NCBI GenBank assembly: GCA_033442325.1
Contig: JAWQFM010000006.1
Location: 1,019,200 to 1,083,199, forward strand
Reading direction: 5' to 3'
From: Salpingoeca rosetta
Taxonomy: Eukaryota > Protista > Choanoflagellata
DNA length: 64,000 nt
A model generated the notes under the pieces. That model worked only from the letters and a program-made list of their open reading frames with translations, did no database searches and was not told the origin of the DNA. The translations under genes and the position numbers were made by a program. Below are positions 1 through 21,320 of the stretch, one piece after another (position 1 is the stretch's first letter; each line of letters starts with the position of its first letter).

Positions 1-11
1 CGCGCGCGCGC

Positions 12-75
<64 letters not shown>

Positions 76-1217
76 TGCGTGTACGCAAGTGAAAGAGAGC
101 GTGTGTGTGTGTGTGTGTGCGTGTGTGCGTGTGTGTGTTGTGTATGTGTGTGTGTGTGTGTGTGTCGACTTGCACTGCGTTGTGTTTGTACCATTGTGCC
201 ACAAATGACCCACGCCAATGTGAACAGAGCTCTGTAACAGTTGTGACAAGTAGAATCAAGTCACCCCTAATCACCTGAGCATATGTGCCGACAATCTGCA
301 TGGTTTCTGCGAGCGGAAGCCACTTGGCCTGCTGCTCCTTTGTCCCTTGCCCTTTGATGCAAGGAATGAACATGGCCTGCCAGCAGATTTGTGATTACAC
401 CACAGAGCACGCGCGGCAGAATGAGAGACCCACGCTTGTGTGTGGGCAAGAAAACAATAAAGTCGAGTGGGAAGAAACCACCTTCTCACTTGGGCAAGAA
501 GGCGCGTGGCATTGTGGGTCTCCCAGTATCAAACCGCACGGGAAGCATGCGCACATTACCCAGTGGAGCCCGACAGGCAGCTGTTCCCGGATACAGCGGC
601 GAGCATAGATGGCGTCCTGGTCCTTCCACCCGTGCATGCGCACCAGCTGTACGAACCGCACGGTCTTTTCAAGCGCCCGCTCATACCTAAGGCGCCACCA
701 CGCAATGTAGGAAAGGAGAGGGTGATGTTGCGTGTGTGAGTACGTGTGTGAGTTGCAGGGGCCACAAAGATTGCACGCAGCGATGGAGAACGCACGCAGC
801 GATGGAGAACGCACGCAGCGATGGAGAATGCACACAGCGGCAGTGAGAGCAGTTTACAGCGGTGGGTAGTCCACACAGTGATGAGGAGTGCAAAACAATG
901 ATGGGGAGTGCAAAACAGTGATGGGGAGTGCAAAACAGGAATGACGGGAACTGTTACGTGGTGGATAATTCATGTACACTGCCTTCACGATGCCACAGAG
1001 CAAGCGCTGTCACTGACCTGCGAGTGCGATCACAGAAGTAGTAGTCGTCCACGCTCATGACTTCGTCTGCTTCGATGACCCGGCGAATCTGCCTGCGCTT
1101 CTCCACAACCTCTGGCGATCCAGCGAGGAGAGCCATCACAGCATCCACATCCATCTCTGCCCCTTTCCTTTCCTCATCCAGTGGGCCCCTTCCGCCCACA
1201 CCAACACTGCCATCCAT
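1..1217 (-). CDS. ACOX1: Peroxisomal acyl-CoA oxidase, 5' part (gene runs off the left edge)
   Basis: Exons ~1217-1018, 686-560 and 376-275 join through GT-AG introns. They give MDGSVG...LDEERKGAEMDVDAVMALLAGSPEVVEKRRQIRRVIEAD...RYERALEK...PVGLHWAMFIPCIKGQGTKEQQAKWLPLAETMQIVGTYAQ, matching the ACOX N-terminus up to the GTYAQ(TE) motif. Confidence 0.92.
773..839. repeat. 19-bp minisatellite, ~3.5 copies, in an ACOX1 intron
   Basis: GCACGCAGCGATGGAGAAC repeated; a 20-bp repeat follows at ~886-936. Confidence 0.9.
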
Positions 1218-1388
1218 CGTCGCTTGCTTTGCTTCTCGCTTCTTGCCTCGTTTGTGCTCTCCTCCACACACGCAACAACAGTGGTCCTGTGTGCGGAAAA
1301 TTACAGAAAGATGTGCCCATTCTTCACGATCGATGACGAAGCAGCCAAACAAGCGAGGAAGAAGAAGGAAGACGATCAACACAGAAGA
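1218..1388. promoter_or_regulatory. Probable bidirectional promoter (ACOX1/VPS45) containing GAAAATT at 1296-1302
   Basis: 171 bp between divergent start codons. The heptamer is shared with four other divergent intergenic regions. Confidence 0.6.
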
Positions 1389-5986
<4,598 letters not shown>

Positions 5987-6251
5987 GCTTGCGATGGACG
6001 GATGCGTGGATGGGTAGGTGTTGGATGGATGGACACGTACATGGATGCATGCGTAGATGGATGGATGGGTGAAGGGTGGACGTTTGTGTGGCATGTGGCT
6101 GTGGTGCTGAGGGGCTGAAGTCGGTTGCTTGCGGCATTTCAACGGGTTTTGTTTTTTGTTGCACAACAACGTGCGCAAGCGTGCACTCTTGTCTTTGTTA
6201 CCGTGAGAAAGACAACATACATCAGAGACTGTGTTCCGAAGCGCGAGAACC

Positions 6252-6334
<83 letters not shown>

Positions 6335-6445
6335 AATAGCAACAACGCAAGTCCGACAGCATGAAATGCATTTTCAAAGGGTCCGTTGCCAACACCACGC
6401 CAAAGCAACAACACGGCGGACAGACACACACACACACGCCAACCA

Positions 6446-9400
6446 ATGACGATGAGTGAAGGTGAGACCACCAGCAATAGCGGCAACGACGGCAGAGGCA
6501 GTCAGGAAGTGAAAAGGGAGGCAGGAGAGACAACAGCGAAGATGGATGGAACAGAAAGGGTGCAGCCACAGCAGCAACCGAAGCCAACCTCATCAAATGA
6601 CGGCCCACACAAGCCACCAGACGACACACAACAGCAGCAGGAGGAGCAAGAACAAGGTGGCACTGCCAGCAACGAGCGAGAAGCAGAACACGATACAGAA
6701 GGCAACCAAGCACACGACGATGATGAGAGCTTACCTGTGGAAGAGGCTCCGGAAGGGCTGAGACCGCAGCGCCCAAAATCTTCCCGCCCACGCTCGTCAC
6801 GCCCACGCTCGTCTCGCCACCGCCCAAAGAAGGCGGCGAGCTTGAGCAGCAGCAGCAACGACGATGATGACATCGATGACAGCGACAACGCTGGTGACGA
6901 GGCTGGCAATGACGGCGACAAGTCATCCAATACATCAGAGGGTGCTGGAACTGACAACGCGACAGAGTCAACGCCATCTTCTCAGCAACAACACCAACAA
7001 CAGCAACAGCAGCTCAGCGGTCATGCCATCGCCGTGCATGTAGAGGATGAGGATGAGGACACAAGGAGCAACACAGCAAGCCAGCAAGCGCAGCAACACA
7101 AGCAACAACAGGCCACAACAACCGCCACAGAAAGCAGCAAGGAGGAAGAAACAATGCCTGGGCAACACGAGGCAGGCACGGGGAGCGCAAAAGCAAGTGG
7201 GACGGAGGAGAAGGAGGTCAAGACACGGGATGGCGGTGACGATAACGAAGGTGGAGACAACAAGGTGGTCATGGAGCGAGGCGGAAAGATTGTTTACGTG
7301 GACGCAAGCGATGTCAATGCATCCGTTGACCCAGATCTCATCTTTCACGACGACGATAAGGTGGTATTTTGGTGTGTGTGGGTGTGCGTGTATGCATGCC
7401 TCTGTGTGGCCTGCATCTATGCATACGTCTGTCTGTCTGTGTGCGCACCTCTGTGCCTTGTGTGCTCTACTTCTCTTGACTTGCATGCGCGCTCACGTAT
7501 GAATGTGTTGCCACCACAGCCGCCTGCACCTGAAAAGCAAGGGGATGCTGGTACCACCACAGCAACCGCAGCTGCAACCTCCCAACAAAACGAGCAAGGG
7601 GAGACTACGGCCTCAGACGACCAGCAATCTTCAAGACCAAAGCGCCTGGCCCAGTCCGCACGCCTCGCAAGGTGTGTGCTTTGGCTGACAGCGCGTGCAT
7701 TCGTGTGCGTGCGGTCCGTGTGTATGTGCGCGTGTGCGTGTGTGTGTATCCGCGTGTGCGTGTGTGTTTGTGTCTGTGTCTGTGTCTGTGGCTGTGGCTG
7801 TGTCTGTGCGTATCTGTGCCTGCGTGTCTGTGTCTGTGTCTGTGCGTATCTGTGCCTGCGTGTCTGTGTCTGTGTCTGCATCTGTGCCTGCGTGTCTGTG
7901 TGTATCTGCCACTCATCGCCCCCACTCCATCACCAGGTCCTCGCGCGCGCGTTCTGCCCGCCCCGCAACAGCGCGGCAGGCGTCCTTTGGTGAGTCGAAA
8001 CACAAAACGCGCGGTGGTGCTGGTGGCAATGATGATGATGATGATATCGATAGCGGAGTGTACACACTGCGTGGTGGTGGAGTGCATCTCACCTGGCAAC
8101 TCGTCACCACATCACCTCACCATCCTTTCACCCCTCCCCTCATGCCCTTAATGTCTTCAACCATCATCGACCATGTGTATGTGTGTGTGTGTGTGCAGGT
8201 GGGACGTCTGAGGAGGCAAACGCGGCGTTTCGGGCGTGGTACTATCGCAAGGAGGAAGAGAGGCGACGGCAGCGACAGCACAGCCGCAAACTCACAAAGG
8301 AGCAGATACTCGAGCAGGAGGTGTGCGGTGATGGTGGTGGAGAGAGATGAAAAGCGTACATGGCTTGAGCGAACCACACTGCATCGCGTATTCGTGTGTC
8401 AACACGCGTGTGCATGTGTTGGGAATCCTGCTGAGATTGCAACATCCGTGTATTTGACGCTTGCATGCATGCCCATTGCCCACCATCACCATTGTCATTC
8501 ATCACGATCCCTCCTTCCTATCCTTCCTATCCTTCCTATCCTTCCTTTCCTTCCTATGCTCCCCCCCCCCTCCCCGAATTCACAACACCACCAGCGAAAG
8601 CGGCGGGAAGAGGCTGAGAAGACGTTCCAGGCCTGGCTGCAGAACAAGCGCGCCTCCTCCGCTCGCGTAGGTTGCTCTGGGCTGCCGTCGTGTTACTGTC
8701 CTTGTCGCGGCCTCTCTGGAAGCGTGTCGTGGGATGCCACTACCACGTGTCACAACGTGTTATCTTGTCATGGAGGAAGGGTGCATCTGGATCTTTATCA
8801 CCTTATCCTTGGGTGTTTTGTCGTGCAACAATTCATCACCACCCCCTCACACCTTGAGTTTCGTTGTTGCTTGTTGTTGTTGGCGGCGTCGTTGTTGTTG
8901 CTTTTACGTGCATCATGTGCACGACAACCCTGTGTCCGTCCCTCCCCCTCCCCACCATCATTTGCTACACAGCACCGCCCTGCACATCGCACGCAACATG
9001 ACGAGCGTGCAAAGACCGCGCGGGCACGCATGCACGACAAGGAAGGTTGGTTTTGCGCCAGGACACTACTGCCAAGGATTTGGGTTTGGGTTTTGCGCTT
9101 GTACGCATTCATGTGTTTCCGTTTCTCGTGCACATTATGAATACTTGTCAACGCCCTCCATTGACACGAACACACACCCGCACATGCACACACACGTATG
9201 TTTCCACGCACACCGTTTCCCTCACATGAATACACTCTCCCGTGTTTGGTGCTGTTGCCAGAGGCCGACGAGGCGTTTCAGGCGTGGCTCTCACGCAAGC
9301 GCGATCAACTCACCCGCGAGAAGGAGTGAGTACAGCGCACGGTGTAGAGGATGGACGTGGTGACGCTGCTCACGGGCAGCCAGTGGGCTACTGCTGCTGC

Positions 9401-9451
9401 TCGCGTGCCCACGCGGCATTCTCTGAAACAGAGTTGCTGAACTACCTCGCT

Positions 9452-9484
<33 letters not shown>

Positions 9485-10042
9485 ACAGGGAGAAGCGTGC
9501 GCGAAGTCGGATCTTCCGGGAGCAGCTGCAACTTCTGGAGGAGCAAAAGCGGAAGTCGAACGAGGCCGTGGCCGCCTGGCTCAGGGAGAAGCGAAGGCAG
9601 GAGGAGGTACGTGTGCAACCCCGCACACGCGAACGCGCACACAGACACAGACACAGACACACATGCACAGACACGCAGATAGAAGCATGCATGCATGTAG
9701 TGAAGTACAGTGCTGCTGGTTGTGTGCGTGGTTGTGTGCGTGTATTCTTGGTACGCTTCGTGCTGTGGTGTTTGCTTACTTCTGCTGTTGCCGTTCATCC
9801 ATCCCGTTGACTCCATCGCACACCGCCAATTTCACGTCAACTGCAGGCAGAGCGCCAGGAGCTGAAGCAGCGCATGCGCAAACACAACCAGGAGCTTCGA
9901 CGCATCTACACATCGCTCCACAGGTGTGCACACACACACACATGCACGCATGTACACACACGCACACACACGTACATACACAGCTGCAACGATACAACCC
10001 TGGCAGTTCCGATCACTCTGCACAGCTAACACCATCGATCGC

Positions 10043-10111
<69 letters not shown>

Positions 10112-10297
10112 AAACGCGTGTCTTCTCCTTTCTTCTGCACCCCTCCACTCATCCATCCATCCATCCACATCAATGCCAGGCCGCGGACGGGGCGGTCGGA
10201 GGAGGCGGCGTCCTTCTCTCCGAGCACATCCATCGGGCGCTCAACAACAGCTGCCGGCAACACGCTGGGCATGTCTGCACACAAGTCCCACTTTTGA
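6446..10297 (+). CDS. CCDC181/CCDC34-like coiled-coil protein with a long acidic low-complexity N-terminus (multi-exon)
   Basis: KVVMERGGKIVYVDASD resembles the ILVERDGKFEL motif of CCDC181. Repeated C-terminal motifs EEAEKTFQAWLQNK, EADEAFQAWLSRK and NEAVAAWLREK. The last exon ends ...SAHKSHF*. Internal exon boundaries are approximate. Confidence 0.65.
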
Positions 10298-10519
10298 TGC
10301 GCTACACCTGCTCACAGTCACGCGCGCGCGCGCGTGTGTGTGCTCGTGATTGACATGTCATGCACTGCGTCCAAAGTCCACGAGTGCTTGATGCAGACAA
10401 CCCTCTCCCCATCCCGCCTTGGTTCTCTCATGGTGGTGCTGTTGTGACACGATGCCTCCTTGTCGGCCCATTGTGGTGTCAGGTGTCTTTGTCGTTGCTT
10501 CATATTGTTTTGATTGCCC

Positions 10520-10626
10520 TTTGTACAACTGCTGGCTGTGAAGACCGTACTGTACGTGCACACATGCTTCCTTTTTGTACAACTGCTGGCTGTGAAGACC
10601 GTACTGTACGTGCACACATGCTTCCT
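10520..10626. repeat. 54-bp-period direct repeat, 2 copies
   Basis: TTTGTACAACTGCTGGCTGTGAAGACCGTACTGTACGTGCACACATGCTTCCT occurs twice in tandem. Confidence 0.92.
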
Positions 10627-11055
10627 ATTCCTGGCTCCGCACAGCCGTCATTGCTGTTTCTCGTCGCGTTGTGAGACTCGTTCCTTGGTTTCCTTGCCGC
10701 TTCGCGTACGGCCAGGCGTGTGCCCGTGCACCCATCCTTTGCTCCTCATAATTGCTCTCGTTACATGAAATGAACACACACATGTGTGTGCGCGCATCTT
10801 GGGTTTGTTGTTTCACCATTTTTTTCATCTTTCACTCCTTTGCCCCTGATTTGCCCCAGCGTCGTTCAATTCACCCTCCTCTTGCCATCGTTGCGCAGAT
10901 GTATGCTCGTCGCGTGTGCGTGTGTGAATTGCGTGGAGTGCTGTTCAAATCCGTTATAAATCTCCCACATCCTTCACATCTGCCTTGATGACAGTCCATG
11001 CGGACACGTGATCTTGATGGGGTGGGGGGTCTCTTTAACGCGAGACACAGACACG

Positions 11056-11056
11056 C

Positions 11057-11142
<86 letters not shown>

Positions 11143-11143
11143 C
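11056..11143. repeat. (CAA)n microsatellite in the GGH 3' region; similar tracts at 15072-15170 (coding polyQ) and ~55437-55523 (intron)
   Basis: Pure CAA runs. Confidence 0.95.
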
Positions 11144-11237
11144 CATCATGCAACCACTGCCAGCAAATCTCTGACAAGACAGCACACATGACGTCACAGC
11201 GTCACGTCATGTCACGCCACTGCTCGCGTGTGCTCAG

Positions 11238-12608
11238 TTAAACGTCCCAGAAGTAGCACTGCTCAAACCCTGAGCCGTCCTTGCCCGTGAAGACGGGGTT
11301 GTAGTTGTAGATGATGTCCTTCCGCAGCTGCTCCGGTGGGTACGCGTGGTTGGACTTGCGGGCCTCGTTCACAAAGAACGTCGACGTCAGCTGGCACGTC
11401 TCAATTGCCAGCGCAGAGTGCGGAATCGCCTGCGGTTGGTTCATTGGAAGTGATGGTGTGTGTGTGTGTGTGTGGGGGGGGGGTGATGGTGGTGATGGTG
11501 TGTGTGTATGTGTGTATGTGTATGTGTGTATGTGTGATGGTGTATGTGTGATGGTGTATGTGTGATGGTGTATGTGTATGTGTGTGTATATGTGTGTGTT
11601 GTGTGCCATGCTTGAAAATGACACTGCAGAAGCACACAGCATGCATCACCATCACCACCACCATCACCACCCAGCCTCAGCATCACCACCACCACCATCC
11701 ATCACCACTACTCCCATTCATCCGCGCCGCACCTCGCTGGCGGTCCACTCAAACGAGTTCTTCTCTGGGTGCCACTGCGTCGCGTAGAAGGGCATATGCT
11801 TGCCTGCAAGCATCCGCACGCGTGGAGTGAGAACAACACTGCGTTGGAAACGAACACCCTTGGAAAAAGCATGTCATCGCGACTTGCGGAAACGGAGAGA
11901 CATGCGCAACAGACGTTGCGCAACACATCACACGCTGGCACTGACACACACACGCACACACACAATTACACACACACACACAGACACACTCACACACACA
12001 CACAATTTAACACACACATACGCACCTTCAATGGTGGAGACAAAAGGGTTGCCCTTGCGATCGACGTTTGTGGAGATGACGTTGAAGAAGGAGGTGAGAT
12101 TGGCGTTGTTGGCAAAGGTGATCGGGGTCACACCGCCCTCGTGGTTGTTCATCGTCAGCGGTTCTGCATGGAAAAGCAAGCAACATACATGCAAACGAGT
12201 GTCATGGGCCGGAGGTGCGAGGGAGTGATGTGGTGCAAAGGGGATGAACAATGGCGACATTCACACACACGTACATAATATGCACACACACGCACACACA
12301 CGCACAAATGTAGACACACACACGCACACGTGGACTCACTCACACTCACGCATTCACACGCACGCACACTCACACACATATGCACTGATGCATTCATGCA
12401 TGTGCACATACGGTTGCGGAGGGCGGTGATGAGTTCTGGGCGGGCGCTCTTGAAGATCTTGCTGGTGGAGATGTGGGACGTGAAGTTGAGGGGAAGCGGC
12501 AGATCCTCCGAGTCAAAGTGGTGACCCAGCACGCTGTTGCCGCCAATAAACACACTCACCATCTGAAACCCAAGGCATGTACCCTGATAAAGAGAAGAGA
12601 GGAAGAGA

Positions 12609-12649
<41 letters not shown>

Positions 12650-13223
12650 GAGGGTGTATTGTGTGGTGAGGCCAAGATAAGGCAGGCATTGGGTGGCATG
12701 GCTGCATCAACACATGGCTGCCAATAATGTGACGCAGCTGCACAAATGTGCAACAAGTGAAAACACAGGAGCATCGCAAACACACACACATACACACACA
12801 CACACGCACGTACCCAAACTGGGAAGTAGTCGCCCTTGTTGTTAAACTCCTTGGCCATGTTCATCATGAACCGGGCGGTGCGGGAGTAGGAGTTCTTGGG
12901 GTCTGTGATGGCTTGGCCACCACCCGGCAGCAAGAACCCGTTGATCATCTTTGCCTTCTCCCGCAGCTCGTCCTCGCTGGCCATGCAGTCAATGGGCACC
13001 ACGCGGGCACCAGCACTCTCCAGATACTTAACGTAGGACGCTGCCAGCAACCGTAAGAAAAGGTGTCAGCCACAGAGCATGTCCGACACAATGTTAGTTG
13101 TGCACTCCGTTTCGCGCTGGACAAAATGCGGTGTACGGGTTCGTTACATACACAAGCACATGCACCAACGCACACACATGCGCGCACATGCACCCACCCA
13201 CACGCACATGCACACACACACAC

Positions 13224-13272
<49 letters not shown>

Positions 13273-13507
13273 CACACACACACACACACAACACACACAC
13301 ACACGCACCTGCAATGTAGGTGCGGGTCTCGTCGATCTCGCCGCCGAGTTTGCCGCCCAGCACTTCGGGTCCGTACGTCTGCGTCAGGACGCCAATCACA
13401 GGGCCGGTCTGGTTGGCTGGTAGCGCATGCGTCCCGCACACCACCGCCACCAAGACGGCCACGACAAGCGCAAGCGTCGCCGTGCTCCGCGTCATCTTCG
13501 CCAGCAT
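11238..13507 (-). CDS. GGH: Gamma-glutamyl hydrolase (peptidase C26) with signal peptide
   Basis: Signal peptide, then PVIGVLTQ, YIAASYVKYLESAGARVVPI, INGFLLPGGG, catalytic Cys in GDYFPVWGTCLGFQ, QWHPEKNSFEW, FFVNEARKSNH, IYNYNP. Start may be 13507 or 13495. Confidence 0.95.
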
Positions 13508-13656
13508 TGCCACCAAACAAGCAAGGAAAGGCAAACAAGCGTGCTCAACTCCAACCAAAACAGCCGAAAATTGTGAATACAGTTCACCAATCGCCAACAA
13601 TCACATCGCATCAGACCTTGCTGCTTGCAGCGTGCAGCGTGCGTGTTTAGCGACCA

Positions 13657-13756
<100 letters not shown>

Positions 13757-13763
13757 CGCATAC

Positions 13764-15659
<1,896 letters not shown>

Positions 15660-16036
15660 CACCTTGCTTACATGACCACATGTGCACACGTGCATGCGCG
15701 TGTGCGCGCTGCACGCGAGAGTTTGTGATCTGCTTCACATGAATGCAGTCACGTCAATCAAGAAAGTAAAGAACAGTCACACACGTCAGCATTGCGCACA
15801 TATCTTGCTCACGGTATGGCTTTCGTGCAGCCCGTGTCATGTATGACATCATCGTGCTTGGGTAGGCTGAGAAATTTGGGCCCCTACGCAAGACTGCATT
15901 CGTGCACAAAGCGTGCTTGGTGTCGTCATTCGCTCGGTCGTAGCATGCATTCTTCGTTCTTCATTCACATCATCGCACCAGCACGCTGCATGCCCAACCA
16001 GTGTACCGCTAGGTTGAGCGGCCATTGCAGGGCACC

Positions 16037-17133
16037 ATGAATCTCCGCATCCGCCTGCTCTTCCGCCGGCTGGTGAGGCTCGCGACAGCCTTGAGTGTGA
16101 AGGCGGGCTTGCTCGTAGCCGTGACGGTGTAGTGGTGATGGTGGTTGTGGTGGGAAATTGGGTGCACTGCGACGCTTGTGTGCACATTTGAGCGCCCTCC
16201 TCCCCCTCCCTCTCTACGCTCACACGCATGCACGCTGTGCGTGTCACGTGCACACAACTGACTCGACACAACACGTAGATCAGAACACTCTATCGGGATG
16301 TTGCGTTCCAGCGCGAGATGGCCAAAGGCCGGCCACAGGTTAGCTGGCTGCTTGATTGCTTGTGCGAGCGTGTGTTTGTGTTTGCTTTGAAGTTGGCGAG
16401 GCAGGCTGGCTTGGCGGGTGCAAGCGAGGGTGTGAACTGCCAAGGCTGCTTGGGCTCGGCCTTGTAGGGTGGTGACCTGTCTGTGAGAGCGCACTTGCTT
16501 GCGCCCGCCAGTGTGACCACCACCACCACCACCATCACCACCTGGCCATCCAGCCATGCTTGCTGCCAGCCATCTCCCAGCCTCACACCCGCCCTTCAAC
16601 GTCTGCTGCTACTTCTGCTGAACAGAAACGACTCAAGCCGGATCAGATTGCTGCGTTGAGGCGGCTGCCGAGCAAGCGCACGAAGCGGCAGCGCCATCTG
16701 GTGCGCATGATGGTGGAGTCCCTCGAGTGCTTTCGCAAGTACCAAAACCTCAACTTTGAGGACATGGCCGAAATTCTCCACTATGAAGCTCGCATGCCTG
16801 GTGATCTCCTTCTTCGCCAAGGTGAACTCAAGGGTGACATGGGGGTGACAGATAGGGTGTGTGTGCGTGTGCACGTGCGCGTGCTCGTGTGCGCGTGTGC
16901 ATCTGTGCATATGTGTGCATGTGTGGGGGGAGGATGGACAGCAGCAACAGCACTGTGTGTCATGCGCACCTTTCCCTGTTACAGCACACATCGCGCACGC
17001 GTCCTCATCACGCACTCGTACGTACAGGTGACCCTGGGTATGGGTTCTACTTCATTGCTTCCGGCAAAGTGGAGGTTCGCATCAAGGATCCCGACGCTGT
17101 CGATGGCTACCGCGTCGTCAACGAGCTCGGGGC

Positions 17134-17166
<33 letters not shown>

Positions 17167-18172
17167 CATGTGTGTGTGTGTGTTTGTTTGTGTTTGGGAC
17201 TCGTATGCATCCAATTGCATATGCTCGCGCTTTCCCCCCTCCCTCTCGCGTCACATTGCACGACGCGCAGAACCGTCGTAGCCATTCTCGCACTCACAAC
17301 ACGCTGCCTTTTCTGTTTCCCTGGTCTACGTTTGTGCTGCAGGCGTGTCGTTTGGGGAGGTTGCGTTGCTGGATCCAACCAACCGTCGTAGCGCCAGCAT
17401 TGTGTGCAAGGAGGCGTGCGAGTTTCTCCGCGTCGAACGCGACGAGTTTGACACGCTCCTGCGACAGTACCACCAGCGCGAGTTTGATGCAAAGCTTAGC
17501 CTGTACCGTGACCACGGCAACTTTGACGGGTGGCACGAGCGCGCCCTTCGTGTTGTGGTGCGGGACACCCATCGTATGGCGTTCCGGCAGGGCAGGCTCA
17601 TTGCGCTCGGATCCAAGGAGCCGGGCACCCTCAACCGCGGGCCGCAGACATTCATCGTGGCCAGTGGCAAGGCGCAGATCCTGCGGAAGCTGCATGTTGT
17701 GCTGGACACGACCACGGGCCGGGTGACGCTGGCGAAGCAGCGCGACAGCAGGATGCGAGCACTGCATCTGCAGCACAAGGCAATATGGCTTGCGTCTGAG
17801 CCCCTCAAGGTTGGCGACGTTGTGCCGTACATGTCTGACACGACGGCGCTGGTGAGCGAAGGGTGCGAGGTGCTGTATGTGCCGCAGACATCGTTTCTGT
17901 TTCGGGACAACGGCACCGTGCTCGACGACATCTTCAAGCGCAGCTACATCCTGAGCGCATCGGACAAGGAGCTGTTCAAGCAGTACAACCAGCTGCAGCG
18001 GTGGGACTGGTTCTGCTTCCAGATGCGAGAGGACCTGAAGCAAGGGGTACCCACCTCTGCAGGGCCGCCCACATTCACGCCCACCTCCCACCTCTCCATG
18101 TCGCCGTCGCTGTCCTCCTCATCGTCGTCCCTCTCCCGCTCCATGCTTCCGGCCGTGCGAAGATCAAAGTAA
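16037..18172 (+). CDS. Cyclic-nucleotide-binding domain protein (CNBD1/2-like)
   Basis: In-phase exons MNLRIRLLFRRL|IRTLYRDVAFQ..|..LLLRQG|DPGYGFYFIASGKVEV..ELGAG|VSFGEVALLDPTNRRSASIVC. This includes the phosphate-binding cassette FGE..L...R.A, followed by a degenerate second cNMP domain (FIVASGKAQI). Confidence 0.85.
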
Positions 18173-18768
18173 CCCGCGATGTAAACGCGCGCTCTGTGTT
18201 CTTGTGTCGTTTATGTCTGCGTGTTTGCGTGTTTGCACGTGTGTGTGTGTGTGTGACCTTGTATACATGCGCGTTCACTCGTGCAACTCGTTGAACTTGT
18301 GCTTCCACGGCTTCACGCAACGGGGTTGTTATGGCTGCGGCGCTGGCTGACCTGCAGGCGCTTGGTTTGCTGTCCTCACTTGTGTTACCTCACTTAGTCA
18401 CTTATTCACTTATTCTGCCTTGTTGGCGAGAATTCAGCCTTCCTGCTTCCTTGCCCTGCTGTTGCGCTCCCCTCGCCCATAGCTTGCTTTGTTACACATG
18501 ACATTCTGACATTACAACCCGACCATCGAATGGTGTGCGGGCGTGCTACCTGCTCAGGCTTACGGCACAACAAAGCCATCAAGAAGCCAACAAGAGCAAG
18601 CACACAACCCAAAAAACAAGCAAGCAAACTCGCAAAGCACGAAAGCAAAGTCGTGGGTGTACAGGAAGGGGGAAAACAGTGTGGGCGTTGCTCTTTTGTT
18701 TGTTTTGTTGTTTGGTGGGAGGACAACAACCGCAGCGACGCTCATCTCACAACCACAAACAACCAACC

Positions 18769-19111
18769 ATGGCGTTCTTGAAGCGAAAGGTGGGATGGTG
18801 TGCTGTGCTGCTTCTTGGGCGTGTTCTGCTATTTGGTGGCGCTTCTCTTGCCTGCATATGTGCGTGCACAACAGCTTGCTTGCTTGCCTGCTGCACCATC
18901 TCCGTGCCGGCCGTCGTATGTCTCACACCCTGCCTGACGCTGTTGCCTCGGCTTGCATCGACGTCTTCGCTTCAGCTGAGACGCTCCACGTCAACAACCA
19001 GTATCGATAGCCAACAGAGCCAGGTCTCCGTGAGCAGTATTGCAAGTAATGTCAGTCGAGTCAGCGTCACTCCAAAGGTCGCCGACGATGCCATCAGCAC
19101 AACGTCCAGCC

Positions 19112-19148
<37 letters not shown>

Positions 19149-19157
19149 TGTGTGTGT

Positions 19158-19214
<57 letters not shown>

Positions 19215-20039
19215 TGTGTGCGCGCCGATGCCCATACGTACGCGAATTGCGGTGGAGCACGCCCGGCGGGAACGGGGTTGGGGTGCGCTTGGGTCGTGGA
19301 GTGAGTTTCATGCAGGGCAGGGAGGAAGATAGTGAAGCGNNNNNNNNNNNNNNNNNNNNNNNNNNNNNNNNNNNNNNNNNNNNNNNNNNNNNNNNNNNNN
19401 NNNNNNNNNNNNNNNNNNNNNNNNNNNNNNNNNNNNNNNNNNNNNNNNNNNNNNNNNNNNNNNNNNNNNNNNNNNNNNNNNNNNNNNNNNNNNNNNNNNN
19501 NNNNNNNNNNNNNNNNNNNNNNNNNNNNNNNNNNNNNNNNNNNNNNNNNNNNNNNNNNNNNNNNNNNNNNNNNNNNNNNNNNNNNNNNNNNNNNNNNNNN
19601 NNNNNNNNNNNNNNNNNNNNNNNNNNNNNNNNNNNNNNNNNNNNNNNNNNNNNNNNNNNNNNNNNNNNNNNNNNNNNNNNNNNNNNNNNNNNNNNNNNNN
19701 NNNNNNNNNNNNNNNNNNNNNNNNNNNNNNNNNNNNNNNNNNNNNNNNNNNNNNNNNNNNNNNNNNNNNNNNNNNNNNNNNNNNNNNNNNNNNNNNNNNN
19801 NNNNNNNNNNNNNNNNNNNNNNNNNNNNNNNNNNNNNNNNNNNNNNNNNNNNNNNNNNNNNNNNNNNNNNNNNNNNNNNNNNNNNNNNNNNNNNNNNNNN
19901 NNNNNNNNNNNNNNNNNNNNNNNNNNNNNNNNNNATCATGTCGTTTTGCTATCCGTCTTTTAACCACCAGATAATACATCCTTAGGGCGCTCGTTTCTCC
20001 ACTCTTCGCTCTTGTCATATTGCCCTCTCCTTCCTTCAT

Positions 20040-20102
<63 letters not shown>

Positions 20103-21028
20103 AACAAACAAACAAACAAACACACACAAACACACAAACACACACACACAAACACAAACACACACAAACGGGTTGCAGTTGGATGAGCACAAGTTTGATG
20201 CGTATCTGACGTTCTGCGCAAACCAGACGCCCGCAATCGAAGTGTACACGCAGCAAAAAGGCGACAACGCGCGCTTTGCGGAGGTGATGGCGCAGTGCGA
20301 CGCCAAGGTTGAGGAGTCTGGTGGATTTGATCTTCCGTCGTTCCTGCTGAAGGGCATGCAGCGTCTGCTCAAGTACCAGCCGCTGTTGGAGAACGCACTG
20401 CGCGCCACAACGCCGGAGAAGAGGGAGGAGCACAGGAACCTGCAGAAGGCCATCGAGCGCATGGGGGTACGTGCACGCCGTGAATTGGGCCGTGCGTGCG
20501 AGAGAGAGAGAGGGTGTGTGTGTGTGGTGGGCTTGAGGGAAGGCAGGGGAAAGGGGAAAGGCGTTTCTGCGAGTTCTTCAGTGACATGACACAAGCACTT
20601 TGCATACACCCACACACGAACACACCCTCAACACACCCTCAACTTACAGTCAACACATTCTCACCCGCACATATCACACACGTCACCCCCTCCTGCGTTG
20701 GTGCTGAGCAGAAAGTTGCGTTCAAGGTGAACGAGGCCGTGCGCGAGTGCGAGAATGCGCGACGCCTTCCCGTTCTCGAGAAGCAGCTGGTGGTAGAGTC
20801 GCTGCGGCCGTGGGTTGGCCGGCCGGCGTTTGACACCAACCTCTCCAGCGACCCCACGCGCCGCCTCTTGCTTGAGGGCGCACTCAAGCTCGTCAGGTCA
20901 GCACACGCACGCACACACACACACACAAATTCACATGTCACATCACACACACACATTCACACACACACACATTCACGTACAAGCACGTGCATTCGAATGT
21001 CACATCACGCCTCACATAACATCCCCCC

Positions 21029-21098
<70 letters not shown>

Positions 21099-21287
21099 AA
21101 CACCAGGCCTGTGCTTGGGGACGAGCGGCGGCTGCTGGATGTGCACGCCATCCTCGTGTCAGACATGCTGCTGGTGACGGTGGAGAAGGAAGGGCGGTAC
21201 TGTCTCCGCGAGACGAAGGACATTGTGCCCGTCATCAAACTCAACAACATCACCGACATCCGCGGCGAAATCACATGTGCGTGTGTG

Positions 21288-21320
<33 letters not shown>

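Noticed and set aside
19040-20615. Long ORFs spanning poly-X
   Set aside because: Artefacts of translating through the N gap.
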